NCBI GenBank assembly: GCA_046563655.1
Contig: CM102285.1
Coordinates: 6,262,001 to 6,326,000, forward strand
DNA: 64,000 nucleotides
DNA from: Yuukianura sp. NJ FZ-2021
Lineage: Eukaryota
Direction of reading: 5' to 3'
The notes under the pieces: model-generated
Told to the model about the DNA's origin: nothing
The model's database searches: none
The model's input: only the letters and a program-made list of their open reading frames with translations
Part shown: positions 12,743 through 26,838 of the stretch, in pieces
Numbering within the stretch: position 1 is the stretch's first letter
How the letters are laid out: each line of letters starts with the position of its first letter
Program-made: the position numbers and the translations under genes

Positions 12743-15700
12743 ATAATCTGTGAGATTCAACCTTGAATCCATGCAAACTTCCTCCAACGTAAAATTGTTT
12801 TTCTTTTTTAGTAATTCCGAAGTTTCAGTTCGTATTTCCAGTTCGCCGTAATTTACTTCCGAGTCCTCGAATCCTCTTGGGTTGGAAAAAAAGGAACCAT
12901 GCTTGCACATGACATCTAGCAGCAAATTTGACAGTACCAAGTACTTTGCATTTGTCATATTCTTTTTGTCCCAATTTAAATTTCTACTGCTGATCGGTGA
13001 AGGCGTACTGATTATGTCATGGGAACTGGGAACACCGAAAATAATCCGATTGGTTCTAGCCAAACTCCAATCGTTTGGCATGTACGACACGTTCAGCTCT
13101 TCAGCCTGTTCAAATGACCTCACTTCTTGCACGGGATTTGGTGCCAACATATTGGTTGTGACCAAGCTCTTGTACCCATTGATCAGAATTAACAAAACAA
13201 AGAGAACAGCCAACAAGAAAATTCGGAACGGCTGCGACCGTTCAACCTTAGTGCTGAGCACAAGGCCCTGCTCCAGAACAAATCTCATAATCAAAACAAA
13301 AACAGAATCCGGCATTTCGCAAATTTTGAAAAATGGCGCCAAAATTAGAACCAGTATTGCGAAGAAAGCCAAAACGCCAATCCATACCTCACGTTCAAAC
13401 GGCTTCACAAAAGCGAGGAACGACAATTTCGTGCCGTTTAGGTTCGCGCAACCGAGGAACGAGAAACTGTACTTGGCCGTTCCTTTGAGAACGACTGGCC
13501 GGAGGATGTGGCCACTACGAGCCTCCGGTCTAATCGTTAACAACTTCTTGCTGTCCGCAACGAACATGAACACTCCATCATCTCGAAATGTGAATCTCTT
13601 ATAGCACATGATCCATGAGTTGTTATATTTACTGCGTACGAGCTCGCTTGCCACGAACTTGTTCGCAATAACTTCGGCCAAATATGTCTCGCGCATGGAT
13701 TTTTCAAGTTTACCGTGTGAGGCGTCGTAGACGTTATCACACCTCTCGTCGCCGTGAAAATGTTTTCGAATTGTTCGGGAATATTCGGCATATAATCCCA
13801 TTACTTGACGACGAATTTCTGTTTCACTCAAGCTTTGCTGCAAAGCTGAAACGTTGCGTGGCATGTATAGAGAACCTTTAGGTTTAAATTGAGACAAGCA
13901 TTTATGTACTACATCATGGTCACACGACAAAGCACAGTAGGTGTGGTCGTGTGGATAAGGTATAGTAAGGCACGTTTTCATTACCTTTGGAGTAAGGAAT
14001 ACTGAAACAATGAGCTGGAGACTATACGTTTCCGTTACCTTGAACTCCTTTACATTCGTTGTGCTCAATTCGTCTTCTGTGTGAATGGTCACCATATAGT
14101 AAAATCCAATAGGATGACTAAAGTAGCTTCTGGTGCAAAAGTGTTTATTGGAATTGTTTCGCATGTCGCGAGCTGAACATTCGTAATTTCCAAAGTAGGG
14201 AATAGCTTCAACCGTTTTCCGGTCCATGCCGAACATAATATTTACGTACTTTCCTGAGGCAATTGGATTTGAACCCCCTTCGGAAATCTTGTAGAATGGT
14301 GATATATAGAATGCAGTAAAGCAGTCATCAGATCTTCCATATTTTGGAAATATTAGCATGTTCCGATTAACTGCACTCACAAGTTTCAAATTTGCAGTTG
14401 TTACTGGGAATTCAAAGTTTGCAAAAGACAGGGTAGTAGGTGACGTGTTATTTGTGTTCCAAATTATAACGGCGTAACAGTACTTGAAAATATTTAAAAC
14501 TCCAACGAACTCCATATTGTATAAACTTTCAACGGTTAATATTGTAAAGAGGTGAGGTATGGACTAAAACGTTCCTCTCATACACTGCCTACCTTTTTCC
14601 AATTGATTTAAGAATTAAGCTCTACCTAAGAATGAAAACTTTCATTTGCTTATAAAATATTCATTTTGAGGCTTTTTCATGTTTTGAGCCTTAAGTCGGT
14701 TATAGAATATGCACATAATATGTCTAAAAATTTATTAGTGGAGCTGCAGCTAATTCATTAGCGTCACTTTCTCTCATTTGAGCCTGGACACAAAGCTGTT
14801 GACTTTAGTAATAAAAATGAAAACCATTTGTGGAAAACTTTTGTAAACTCATTTAAAAAATCACTTGTACATAAAGTTGTTTTTAGTGTACCAAAGTTCA
14901 GCTAGTGTTGGATTTAACTTCTAACATTTGGAACAATTCTAAATCTTGAAGGTTAAATATTATTCTTAAAATCACACTAATAATGTCATATTTTGTGTGA
15001 GTTGGGATAGGTGACTCAATCGGAATCATTAACGCTGTTTTTTTTGCCTTCATAACTTACATCATCGGCGTCCCTGACGGAAAAAAGTCTTAAGCGCTTA
15101 AATTTAAGGTTTAAATGCTGAATAATTTTAATGTTTGTATGATATAACCCATTTTTTCCACAAACTACTATCCGAAAAATAGAAACCTAAGGAACTCAAA
15201 AAAATGATGCATAAGTTATTACTTTGAGCCATTTAACCCCGTCGTCTTCATTTCATAAAATTAAAATGAAGTTTGGTTGCGGTCTGGGGTGGCGCTAGGT
15301 GAAAGAGTTTGACTCATTTTGGCAAAGTCCGAAACTAAACGCTACTTTTCTGCCCAAATTTTTTCTGACTCGTGGGGAAAAATTATAATTCCTATTAGTA
15401 AACTTCGCTAGTCATCATACTCAACAAGTCACTTCACCTCTCTAAATAGCTTTAACAAAAATTCACTAAATATTACAACCACGCATGCATCATGCAGGGA
15501 GAGAAGTTTGCGGTTTTCCACACATATGCCAAATTATATCAAATCTATTTTTTTCGATGAAACCTTGACAACTTAAAACTACGAGGGCAGAACACGATAA
15601 AAATCCTATTACGATTTTGGTTATGAAGCATCATCAAACCACAAACTTCGATTAACTAAAAAACACAATCATTCTACGAGGGTTTTAAGCAGTGCCTGTG

Positions 15701-15986
15701 CCGCATATCGAGCGTCAAAACAATAACAAAATTGTTTGTGAAACCTTTTTTAGTTGAGTTCAAGTAACAAATGTTTAACAAAAACATATTTTTCTTAAAC
15801 TTTACTGTTTTGTGGAGTTTCATTTTTGGTTTGGTGGATCATTTTTGAATCTGTGAATAATTTTCGTCTATTACTTGCAGTTGCAATGAAAGTTATTGCC
15901 GCTACAAAGACTGAAAATAATAATCTTCTGGAAAGCGTCTCCGAGAATTTTGTTGACAGTAAATTGTAAACATTGTCATTTCGGTT

Positions 15987-18900
15987 ATGGAAGTTTTGAC
16001 ATCATCTGAAGTGGACTCTTTCAGATCCATGAGAACAGAAGAGTCAAATGGCATAGCTAATGGGCATGGCACGACCACTTCTCCAAGTCACTTCAGCGTG
16101 ATTCCATACATAGAACATCCTCTGGGTCACGCAAGGGAGGAAAACTAGCTAACTATTTGTGTGGCCTCAAGGTGAGAATTCACTATAACAAAATAACAAT
16201 ATAACGCCAGAAAACAAGAAAAAAAAGTAATTCTACACGAGTTTCAGTAAAAAAAAACATGTTTTAGCTTTTTTGCGTGATTTGTTGACGATATTTTTAG
16301 CCTTGCAAAATTCTTGTAAGCTACTCACATTCTCCTCACCTCATCAGTGTTTGTTTGGATTTTGCAGAAGAAAAAGACAAAGGAACGGAATAGTTCTGGT
16401 GAATCCGACGGAAGTTCATCAGAAATCAAACCAATTAAAATGTCCAAGTCACATTTTTATTACAGTCGAAGTACAAGCGCCAGTTCCAGCCCCAGTCCTA
16501 CTAATATGAATCTCACAAGGACATCGTCTTCACCTACTCCAACTCAAGAATCATCCAACATGAACACTGGTTAGTCATAAACATTGTTACTCCAAGTCAA
16601 AACGGTTGCACCAACCATAGTGGACCCACTTTTGAAAAATTTTCTAAGTACAAACTAGGTATGACCTGACAACCTCAAAAATGACCTCTACAAAAGTTGT
16701 TCAGTATTACGAGACGATCATTTTGACATATCACGCATGACCCTGTGACCATCTGTTGAGGTCAAAGGTTAGGTTTTCTAAAAATCTTACAAAACCTAAC
16801 ATTTGACCTATGACCCCAGTCGATGGTCACAGGGTCATGTGTGATATGTCAAAATGATCGTCTCATTGACCTTTACAAGTTTTGTAGAGGTCATTTTTGA
16901 GGTTGTCAGGTCATACCTAGTTTGTACTTAGAAAATTTTCAAAAGTGGGTCCACTATGGTTGGTGCAACCGTCAAAACTTACTAAATATTTGGACTTGTT
17001 TATGTCATAATTTATAATTTGGGCTTCTATGCTGTGGATGCCTTGGTCAGCTTAAAGTCAGCTTTACTGGGTTTGAATTTTTCGACAACAAAAATTCGCT
17101 CCCAAGCATCGCAACCATTAACAACCTAAGTTGTCAGTTCTTGTGTGAGTCCATTTCACCTTTTGTTGCATCAAGATCTTTAGATTCAAGTCTTTGGATC
17201 TTTAGTTATATGTTATTCTAACCTAATTAATTAATCTAATTAATCTAATTAAGTTACTTCTTTTATACTCGGTTTACAACCGGTTTATTTCTGCAGTAGC
17301 TTTTTAATTTCCATTTGATTACTCCTTAATTAAATCTAGTTGGTGGCTTTTAGCACAAAGGACAATTTTTATGCGAGAATTTTTTTCGTTAAAAAAATTC
17401 TTTTTTCTCTTTTGTTCCTTGGACAGCCAAATATCTCCACATTTGACTATATACAAGAAATTTTGACTTTGTTAAGGTTTCCAGTCACGATTTAAAACGT
17501 TACCATTTAAAACGCATTTCCTATGCTTTGAAATGCTACTTTCAATTTTGCAATTCAATTTGCCATTCTTGGAGTTTTTTAAATCACGAAACTTTCATCC
17601 AGTGTAGGCATCCATTTCTTCCAGTGGGTGGTAGAAGTGGCAATTATTCCACATCTATTAATATCCAGCCATGAACACTGAAGCTGGAGGGTTGATTTCA
17701 TGATATTGCGTCTAAAACTATAAAATGGCTTGGCTTCATTTGTTTCTTTCATGCCTTTAACAAGAGTACTACCAGAACAGACTAGTACTACTACTGTGCC
17801 TCCAGTTGTGACTTTTATGAGACTATGAAACTAAATTTAATCTGTACTTATTTAGCTAAACTGGCTTCAATTGGAAGTGGCAAGTGTGAAGAAGGAGATG
17901 ATGAAGATGAAAGAAATCGTGACCAGAATTCAGTTCATTATTCATCTTCAGTCGCACCGAAACAGCAGAACCAAGCTGACGTTGCGGATGATATAGGTTT
18001 GTTTTACCCAAATCCTTCAATATTTTTCCAGCTTTTAAACTATCATTTTTGATTATAGGTCTAAGGAAAAGAATTATTGAAGTGTATTGATTTTGGTTCA
18101 TTTTTAGCAACGGAAGGGAACTCGTCAGAAATGGATAAAAGTGGAAATGGCACCAATAATTGCAATGCAGCGTCCTATACTCTTACGGTTCATTTGATCA
18201 ATGGAAAGGGTTTAGTCATCAAAGACAAGAACGGTAAGCATCACATGCTCTTCAATTGACGTAAAACCAAAAAAAGTGTCAAGGAAAAGCTTTCCGTAAA
18301 ATTGGAAAGTTGAGAAATTTGGGTTTCAGTTGAAAATTTATATTTGAAGGTAGCAGTGATCCATACGTGAAAGTGAAAGTCGGTGAAAAGACGCAGTGGA
18401 AGAGCAAAGTGGTTTATGCAAATCTGAATCCAGTTTGGGATCAGTCTTTTACTGTCCCAGTTCATGACTTGGACGAAGTATTAACATTTAAGGTTAGTTT
18501 TTTTAAATCATTTTTCCCTAAATGCTATGTTTTCTTGACATATGCTTTTTCACATTTGATGCAAAAAAAATTCACTCAGTGTTTTAAGATTATTTATTGT
18601 TTGTGTCTTCCATTTATAAGGTTGTGGACTACGACTGGGGAAGCAAGGACGACTTCATGGGTGCGTTAGAAAAAAATTTTTGCTTTTACAGTTATTCTTA
18701 AAATTTCGCAAAAATTTTCAAAAAAAAAGTTTGTGTTTCAAAAGCTTCAAATTTTCTGTGAGCAGGAATGTGCCTTACGAATTTAAGAAAAGTGGTACCC
18801 AATGGGAAAGTTCACAGCGCAAATTTGCCTTTGTCAATGAAAGGACTTGCAGGAGAAAAGCCAATGGGTGAACTATCTGTCTCCTTCACGTTAACACCAA

Positions 18901-21665
18901 GGACGCCTGAAGAAGAGCGTGTTGTAAATTTTTAATACAATCATTTAGTCTTCCATTAACATTTATTATTGGAACCCGAACCCAGTTTAATTTTCGGTCT
19001 AATTTAAACTTTATAGCAGCTCATGGCTGAAACGACTTCGTCACAATCTCAAAAGAAAACGCAGAAACAGACATGGAACGGAATGCTGACAGTTTTACTC
19101 ATTGATGTCCACGACTTGCCAGTGCGTCGGCGAACAAGTAGCTTAACCACGCCAGACAAAGAAGTTGGGTCGCCCCAGGCATCAGCAGGATACTCAAATG
19201 TTTTCGCAAAACTACGGTAACTTCAGCTTATTATCACTTTTTTCCTTCAAAAATGCAACTAAACTTGAATTTTTATTAAAATTTGTAAAAAGGATTCGTA
19301 ACATCTCTCATTTCGAAACATTTTTAAACTTTTAGACTCGGAAATCAAAAGCGTCGCTCAAAGCATATTGTTGAAACGACAACTCGCCCAAAGTGGCTGG
19401 AGCAGTTCGATTTCTACCTGTACGACAATGGCGGATCATCGAGCATTCTGGAGATGGATTTTTTTGAGGAAGCATCTGCAGGCAGAATTCCATTGGGAAG
19501 CGTTAGCTGTGATATTTCTGAAAATATTCCAAAAGACAAGACAACTGAATACTTCCTCAATTTTACAAATGGGCTTGGCAGGGTCAGGGTGACTATCACC
19601 CTGACCGGATTCAAAGAATCCTCGCCATGCCCAGCTAGTGAATCGCTCCAACAAAAATACGTAAGAGCTTGCTCTTAAGTTGAAGGAATTTTGATGAATT
19701 TTTTCATTTCAATTTGAGTAGTTATATTTTGGTTGTGTTTAAAACTAGTCACTTCGCAACACCATAAAATTGGAAGACATAAGAGACGTTGGTCATTTGA
19801 CAGTAAAAGTCATACAGGCCGAAGGTCTCCGTGCAGCCGATCTTGGAGGAAAGTCGGATCCCTACTGCGTTTTAGAATTAATCAATTCCAGGGTTCAAGT
19901 GAGTTGTAAAATTCGGAGTTTCTAAGTAAATTTTTAGTAAGTATAAGTTATGTAAATTTTTAAGTTCAAACATAATTTCATTTTTTGTTGTTGTTGTTGG
20001 TTGACAGACCCATACAGAGTACAAGACACTCACACCTACATGGAACAAAACATTTGAGTTTGATGTCCGTGACATCACTTCCAAACTTGAAGTCACCGTG
20101 TACGACGAAGACAGAGACCACAAGCGGGACTTTTTAGGCAAAGTCAACATTCCATTGTGGAAAATTCAAAATGGAGAGGCCATTTGGTACAAACTGAAGA
20201 ACAGGAATTTAGCAAAGGAAGCCAGAGGAAACAATCCGCAAATTTTGTTGCAAATGGAACTCATTTGGAATCCTGTAAGGCAACTCAAACATAATAACGT
20301 TTCAACTACACAATTAAAAATTTTGGATAAAAATTGATTTTTTTTTAAATTTGGAATACATTAACAGGCTAATTTGCTCTTCTAATAGGTTCGAGCTGCT
20401 ATTCGCGTAACGGATCCACAGGAGAAGAAATATTGTCAACCAAAACCACAGCTTCGGATCGAAACATTCCTTGTCAACATGGAGCGCCTGCGGCTGGTAC
20501 TCATGGACCTCTACGACATTTGGCTTTACATAAAGTACGAGCATGTACACTACTATTAATTCTCTACATTAATTAATCAGCAACGATTAATTGTAAAGTT
20601 CTAATTAACATTTCATGTCTTAGGAGTTGTCTAGACTGGGAATATCCAGAAAGAAGCATCAAGGCCTTAACTTTCTACTTACTCACTTGCTACTTTTTCC
20701 AACCATTTTTCATCCCTCTCTTCTGTCTCCTGTTTTGGCTTCGCCCTTGGTGGAGAAAGGTGCCCAAATTAGCACTTTATAACAGCAGACGTACAAATTA
20801 GCACTGGACTGCCTCAATAATGCATAACATTCACCAATATCGATTATTTTTCTTCTAGGTCGTACAGCCCAGGAGGAAAAGCAGTTTAGCCAATGGAAAT
20901 GCGTCTTCAGACAACGCGGATGATGACCTTAATTTAGACGAGAGTGACGATGAAGACGGGAATGAAATCAAGAAGTTATCTCTTATTGATAAGTTCGGCA
21001 TTTTGCAAGACGCCAGTGGAGTTTTGCAAGAAATCGTTGGAGAGGTTGCTGCTATTTGTGAAAGCACTGTCAAGTAAATAGATTTTGACAAATATAACCA
21101 CTAATCTAACCCAAACATAATTCTAGTTGAACTTTTATTTAATGATCATGTATATGCTAATGGTTTGTTTAATTTCAGTACATATCGCATGGTCGTTCCG
21201 TTCATATACTGGTTGTTTGCAATAGCCTTCGCGGCAGCTACTCTCCTCTTGCTTGTTGTTGATTTTCGTTATGTTGCAATGCTGTTTGGAATCCACGAAT
21301 TCTCGAGAGTTTACCTTCGACCTTGGAAGAAATCTTCCTTTGAAATCTATCACATGATACGCCGTGTACCGCATCAGATGAACTTGGTAAATAGACTTAA
21401 AAGTCGAATGAGGGATTAGTAACGCACAAAAATGACGGACAAATACTTACTGTTAGTATGCGTATGTCTAAATTTTTTTTTGATTGCACAGGGAGATAAG
21501 TTGGGCATCAACTCCGTCTTAAAATCAATACAACAGTTGAAGAATCCAGCGAACAAACAAAAGTTTTGGAAGAGAGGAAAAAGTACATCGCCATCGCCTA
21601 CTTTTTCCGGAGGCGAAACTACTAGTTCTGCGTCTGCGCGTTACGTTCATCCAGAACACAGGTAG
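15987..21665 (+). CDS. MCTP: Multiple C2 and transmembrane domain-containing protein (MCTP-like), multi-exon; 5' start uncertain
   Basis: Three C2 domains ([68 protein letters not shown]) followed by two hydrophobic segments. The frame of the first putative exon is not resolved. Confidence 0.85.
16604..16970. mobile_element. Palindromic MITE in an MCTP intron
   Basis: Long inverted arms GGTTGCACCAACCATAG.../...CTATGGTTGGTGCAACC; 8-bp TSD GTCAAAAC at 16596..16603 and 16971..16978. Confidence 0.9.
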
Positions 21666-22340
21666 AAAACATACACTATCGGACACATATAGATCTTGTG
21701 CTAACACAACTAACCTCAAAAGCTTCTGAAGCGAAAACCTCAAAAATGACTTCTTAGCGAAAATTAATTGAAATAAAAACGGAATAATGTTTGGTTTGAT
21801 ACTGAAAAAGCTCTTCTCTGCTTTTTTTCAAGTGTGTTACATCTGCCGAGAGATACATGAGTTGTTTCAACATTTGAAAATTCGAGGGTGACCTTGAATT
21901 GGGTTGAGTCAGCCAAACTTAATTACAACAGTTATCCCGCTTTATACCAAATTTTGATTGTAAAACGTAAAATTAGCCAATTTTCAACCATCATGCAACC
22001 ACCATAAATATTTTATCAACAAAAGCTGCTGTTGTTTGCTTTCATGTTAGTTCATGTCAAAAATCAACAACAAAGCGTTATGAAAGTTCGCAATGATACG
22101 GTTTAAGTCCCTGTCGTGAAGAAATGCTTCTGGGCCTTTGCTTCTGGGCTTCGTAACTATATTTATATTTGGCCATGCTAAAAACAAATTTAGGCGTCTC
22201 GAAAGCACTTTTGTGGATTTTGGAACTGTATTTTAGGAAATAGGAACTTGTGGTGTCACGCTAGTGATTGTGGTAAAGAAGCTTTTCCATAAAACTACAA
22301 TTAGCTGAAATTTTGTTTTTGAAATTCTGGAACTGCAAAG

Positions 22341-24610
22341 ATGTCCTATTCAAAAATTCACATTTTCACCTATGTTATCTTCATTGCTATCAACCAAATT
22401 ACTGGAATCTGGCAGGTCAAAAGCCAAAGTTTAAATTTTGATCTATATGTCCAAAGCTTCAAAAACTGTTACATTAATGTCGTTCTGCACAAACCAAATT
22501 TGAATTTCTTCGCATCCTCTTTTCCCATGTCAATTTCAACGCCAGAGTACATCGAGAATTCATTCGACAGAACTTGTTACTCATTCAGAACAGGAAGTCG
22601 TGATCCTGACTATGGCATCTGCCCGAGCGTGCGTTCAAATTTTCATCTCCGAGGTGTTAATTGCCTAACTGTTGTTCAACTGCTGCCACCAATGGATAGC
22701 TTGTTAGAAGGCGCTTTTTTGTACATCTACAAGTTTTGGAACCGGTTTCGTTCCACCAGCTATATTCAATTTTCCAGAAAATTACGAAACGGAACAATTG
22801 AAAAAATCGATATTACCTACTCGGGGTTTCAGGTAGAATTTTATCCTTCACGCGCTTTTGTTCAAATTTTGACCAACCACGCTGTAGGTCGAGTGTTTGA
22901 AACACGAGGGTTTAAAAATCATGACGCAAGGCGTACTGCCGTAAATTTTCAACCAATTATAGTTGTGGAATTGAACAAAAACTGTGAATCCAGCCGAACA
23001 AACCTCTACTACTTGAACAGTAATCTGTTCAAATGGAGAAAGCTGCAAACAGATCAACGTAGGTTACAGAAAACTACACATTTTTGTTTTCTTCTTTAAA
23101 TTTCAATTCAAATGGGGTTTGTTTTTTAGTGTTGACAATTGAGCAACGTGAACGGTGGCACATGAACAACTTTTGCCATACTTTGGAAAATTACAATAAC
23201 AACAAATTCGGAACAGGGTTGAAAAATTTTCTTCACGGAAGCGGGAAATGTTTGAATTCTGTGCAGAAGCATGATGGAATTGATAACCACACGATAGCAA
23301 CTGGTGTGGCGGAAATGTCAATCGCCTACCCCATACCACTGACCATGCGTCGTAACGCCGGTAGTAACACGTACTACCAACCAACGACACATTCCAAAAT
23401 GCGGGTGGTGACATCTTCGGGACTGGAATTCGCATATTTGTACACTCTACGGGACTACTTGTGTCCATTTCAAACATTTGCTTGGGTTACACTAATCCTG
23501 GTAACATTTTTACTCGCAGCGTCTTTACATAAAGTATTTCAGTTTAAAAAATTTCACGATTCCCCATCGATTTTCCTTTTTGCAATTTTCATGGAGCAAT
23601 GTTATTGCTATTCAAAGAAATTTTTAAAAGACAGAATACGTTACAGTATGTTGGCAACATTTTTGGCGGGAATAGTTTTGACCAATAGTTACAAAGGCCT
23701 GGCAGTTATGTCGCTAATTAAACATTTCACGCCCATTGGAATTTCAAATTTGGAGGAGGCGTTGGATAAGAACCACACGCTGTACTACTACGACCGAGAT
23801 AGAGTGTCAACTCACAAAAAATTTTGCACAGCAGGAGAAAGTTTCGATGAAATGTTTCAAACTTCGTATGTGCAGGAGGGCGGTGGTTATTATACTCACC
23901 TTAAAGCGTTTCCGTGGCAACGGACATTAAGCGATTTTGAATTTACCAAGTTTTATTTTGGTCCGTACTTGTTGGGTCAAACAATGTCAAAAAAGTACAT
24001 TGATTTGTTGTCCATGATGACTGAGGCAAAAGGTCGGAAACATTTGGCGACATATTTCCCGCAGAATTCCAGGAGTGAAAAACTGACCTTTCAAATGATT
24101 TCGTTAGCAGAACCGTTACCATGCCACTGTGCGGGGATAGTAACCTCTAAAATTTTAAAGCGTAATGCAATTTACGTTGGACCAGCAGAAGAGGTGAAGT
24201 CACTGGTCATACGAGGTCAATTTTCAGTTGAGGATGCTGATTTGTATGAGGTTGACGACGCCACTGGGGTTTTGGCCAACGAAATGATAGGATTTCAGAT
24301 AAATGACATAACAAGTATCAGAACACCACTTGTTCAACAAGTGAAAGCCTTTGTAGAATCTGGTTCATTCACAAAATTTAGTAAAAATGAAACTTTTTCA
24401 AGCTTTTTGAAAGATATGTCTTGGATTAGAAATACATCAAATTTCCGAAGTTTGCATAACCCGAGGCCGCTGACTTTAAAATCGAAGGTTGCTGTTCCAT
24501 TTGCTATGTACTTTTGTTGTATCACAATTTCAATTTTACAATTTTTGTTCAAAAAAGCTTTAGTATATTGCAAAGATTTCCAAAGAAAGGCTAAAGTGGT
24601 AATTGTTTAG
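22341..24610 (+). pseudogene. Second divergent ionotropic-receptor-like gene, intronless, with one frameshift between 23063 and 23096
   Basis: Signal peptide in ORF 22341..23099. The overlapping ORF 23084..24610 has YLCPFQTFAW, VLTNSYKGLAV, FVESG and a C-terminal TM segment, the same layout as the 5008..14515 gene. No obvious intron bridges the frames. Confidence 0.6.
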
Positions 24611-25332
24611 AAACCTGCAAATTCAAAATTGTTTCCCAACATCATTAAAAAAATTCTGAAATAAATCGGCTAAAACTAAAAGTATATAGGATATCCTGTA
24701 GCATTGGATAAGATTGTTTTCAAAAGTGCTGACTGCAAGCTGAATGTAAACAAATGTTATGAATGGGTAATGAGGACGCACCTAAAATTTCTAGACACAG
24801 AGATAATTCGCAGTCGGAAATAAGTAAGTTATAATTGTGAAAAAAAAAAGAGAATTTTAAGTTCTGGAATTTCAAAAACGAAACGAAAGATAAATTCGAA
24901 TTCAGAAAACTGAAATTAAGCGCACCCTTTTTATTCATATCTGGATATAATTAAACTGATGAAGGTGCGGTTGTCTGGCCGCAAGTTCCCTAGTAAGCCT
25001 CTGTGATATTCGGATCTGTAATGTTTATGAACAACGGTTACACTTTACAGTTAATAATACGTTTGTATATTAAACGTGGTTATTCGTTATTTGTCCGATA
25101 TGCATTAACATTTGGGCAGGTATGCTTCTCACCGGATTTTTCATCTTCACTTTTTCGCTTCCTAATTACACATTTGCATGCCCAAGAATTCAATTTGGTA
25201 ACTGATACCGAAAGTAGGTTAATGACGTGGCAAACTTTCGGAATTTTGTCCGGTAGTGCGTCAAAATCTTCAGCGTATTTGCAAGTCTCGGGTCTCAAAA
25301 GTTGACAACTTGAAAGGCAAAAGAGAAAAGAC

Positions 25333-26211
25333 ATGAACGTTATTCACTTTTCGTGCATCGTTTTTACATTGTATCTAAGCATTATTGTTGAAGTTGTAGA
25401 GAAATGTGAAGGTCACTCCATGAGGTCAGAGGTCAACGAAACAAAAGATGGCGTGACTGTTGGTGGTGGCAGCATTCCATCTTTGCCTGGAACAGGACAA
25501 CTTGTGGAACCACTAGAACAGTTGGTGCTGAAGTCTTTTAATAACTTAAAGAACGTCATGTTGGCTGGCAACAGTGGAAATGGATTACCAATTCTGGATC
25601 CACTCGTCATTCCATTTTCCATTCCACTTACGTTTCCAAATCCAATTTGTGGAGTCGGGACTTGGCAACTTGTGTTAAGCAAGTTAACGTTCATTGGTCT
25701 GTCAATGTTTACCGTGAGATCACTTGATGTAAAAGTGGGATCCATGAGCTATGACCTCTTCATTGCCAACATGAGCGCCACTTGTGCCTACAATCTCAAC
25801 TACTACTTGACTCCTCTGTCTCCTGCTGTTCCTGTCTGCTCTGGTAAAGTCATTCACCCTCAATGTTCAAGGCCATTGACCTCAGAAATTTTCAGGTTTC
25901 AAGATAAAGGTTTTCGACTGTTTTTAGGAACTGCTTATGGATCGATCGTTGGAGCAGACTTCAGTGGATCCGCTCAAATCTTTTCCACTGCCGGGAACTG
26001 GTTCAACCTCGCTTCACTTACAATGACTTTCGGCTTCCAGAATTTTGACATTCGGATCTACCCGAATTTGCCACTTGTTGACCCCACTATTCAAAGCCAA
26101 ATTGAAAACATGGTGTATGACGCTATTCAAAAAATGAAACCAAACATTTCGAACTTGACGCATCTGTCTTACACCAAAACAGTTTCATTGAATTTGGGCA
26201 GCTTACCGTAA
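25333..26211 (+). CDS. Takeout/juvenile-hormone-binding-protein-like secreted protein
   Basis: Signal peptide and the GLPILDPLVIP motif typical of the JHBP domain start; probable in-frame intron ~25844..25928. Confidence 0.6.
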   Translation: MNVIHFSCIVFTLYLSIIVEVVEKCEGHSMRSEVNETKDGVTVGGGSIPSLPGTGQLVEPLEQLVLKSFNNLKNVMLAGNSGNGLPILDPLVIPFSIPLTFPNPICGVGTWQLVLSKLTFIGLSMFTVRSLDVKVGSMSYDLFIANMSATCAYNLNYYLTPLSPAVPVCSGKVIHPQCSRPLTSEIFRFQDKGFRLFLGTAYGSIVGADFSGSAQIFSTAGNWFNLASLTMTFGFQNFDIRIYPNLPLVDPTIQSQIENMVYDAIQKMKPNISNLTHLSYTKTVSLNLGSLP

Positions 26212-26315
26212 AATTTAAAAAGAGTAAATATTTATATTTCTCATTCTAATATAATTGTAAAACAATATTTTTAATAATTCGAAATAATTATATAAATACA
26301 AATAATTATAACAAA

Positions 26316-26838
26316 TTAAACGTTAGAAGAGTCATGGGCCTTAGTTGGCAGCAAACTTTCTTGAACGCATGAGCATTCGTCGTACGTTGGTGGTTTGCTT
26401 GTTTGTTTGAGCAATAGGCGAGGTCTGCCCAAATGAGGACCAGGTACCGGAAAATCTATTGCAATTTCATACGTAGGAATGCTGTGTTCGGTTCGAACAG
26501 AACTGATAGCCGAATCACGTCGATATCGATTCGGAGAATTTCGACTTCCGAACGGTTGTGGTTCCATTTGAATTTGAAGTCGAGACTCCGCTCCACGTGA
26601 GTGATTCATGTCTCCATTGGTGGAAAGTGTGGCAAACCGAAACGTATCGCAGAACCGATGGAACTAGCATAGATGACAAAAATATAGACAACTTATAAGC
26701 ATCAAAATAAACCAGAAGAATAAAAACGAAACTGATTCTCACCAGGTATCTCATGAGGAATATTAAAACAATAAGTAAAACGAGGCCTTCGATAGACACA
26801 GTAGCAACAAAAACGACTCGCTTCTTGGTTCCAGTCAT
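26316..26838 (-). CDS. Small single-pass membrane protein with PY-like motifs, two exons
   Basis: Hydrophobic VVFVATVSIEGLVLLIVLIFL; GT-AG intron ~26742..26672; cytoplasmic tail with IPTYE and PPTYDEC. Confidence 0.55.

Larger units (their letters stand above)
5008..14515 (-). pseudogene. Divergent ionotropic-receptor-like membrane protein gene split by a BEL/Pao insertion (exon 1 14515..12743 plus 5791..5790; intron 5789..5651; last exon 5650..5008)
   Basis: FLAFVKPFEREVWIG and LILINGYKSLVTTNML resemble IR/iGluR M1 and M3 regions, and there is a C-terminal TM segment. Removing the element and one TSD and splicing the GT-AG intron gives in-frame ...LTDYW-KTLMRR...; with the element present the LTR end supplies a TGA stop. 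Confidence 0.7.

Noticed and set aside
12882..13604. 240-aa plus-strand ORF
   Set aside because: Antisense shadow of the transmembrane region of the IR-like gene.
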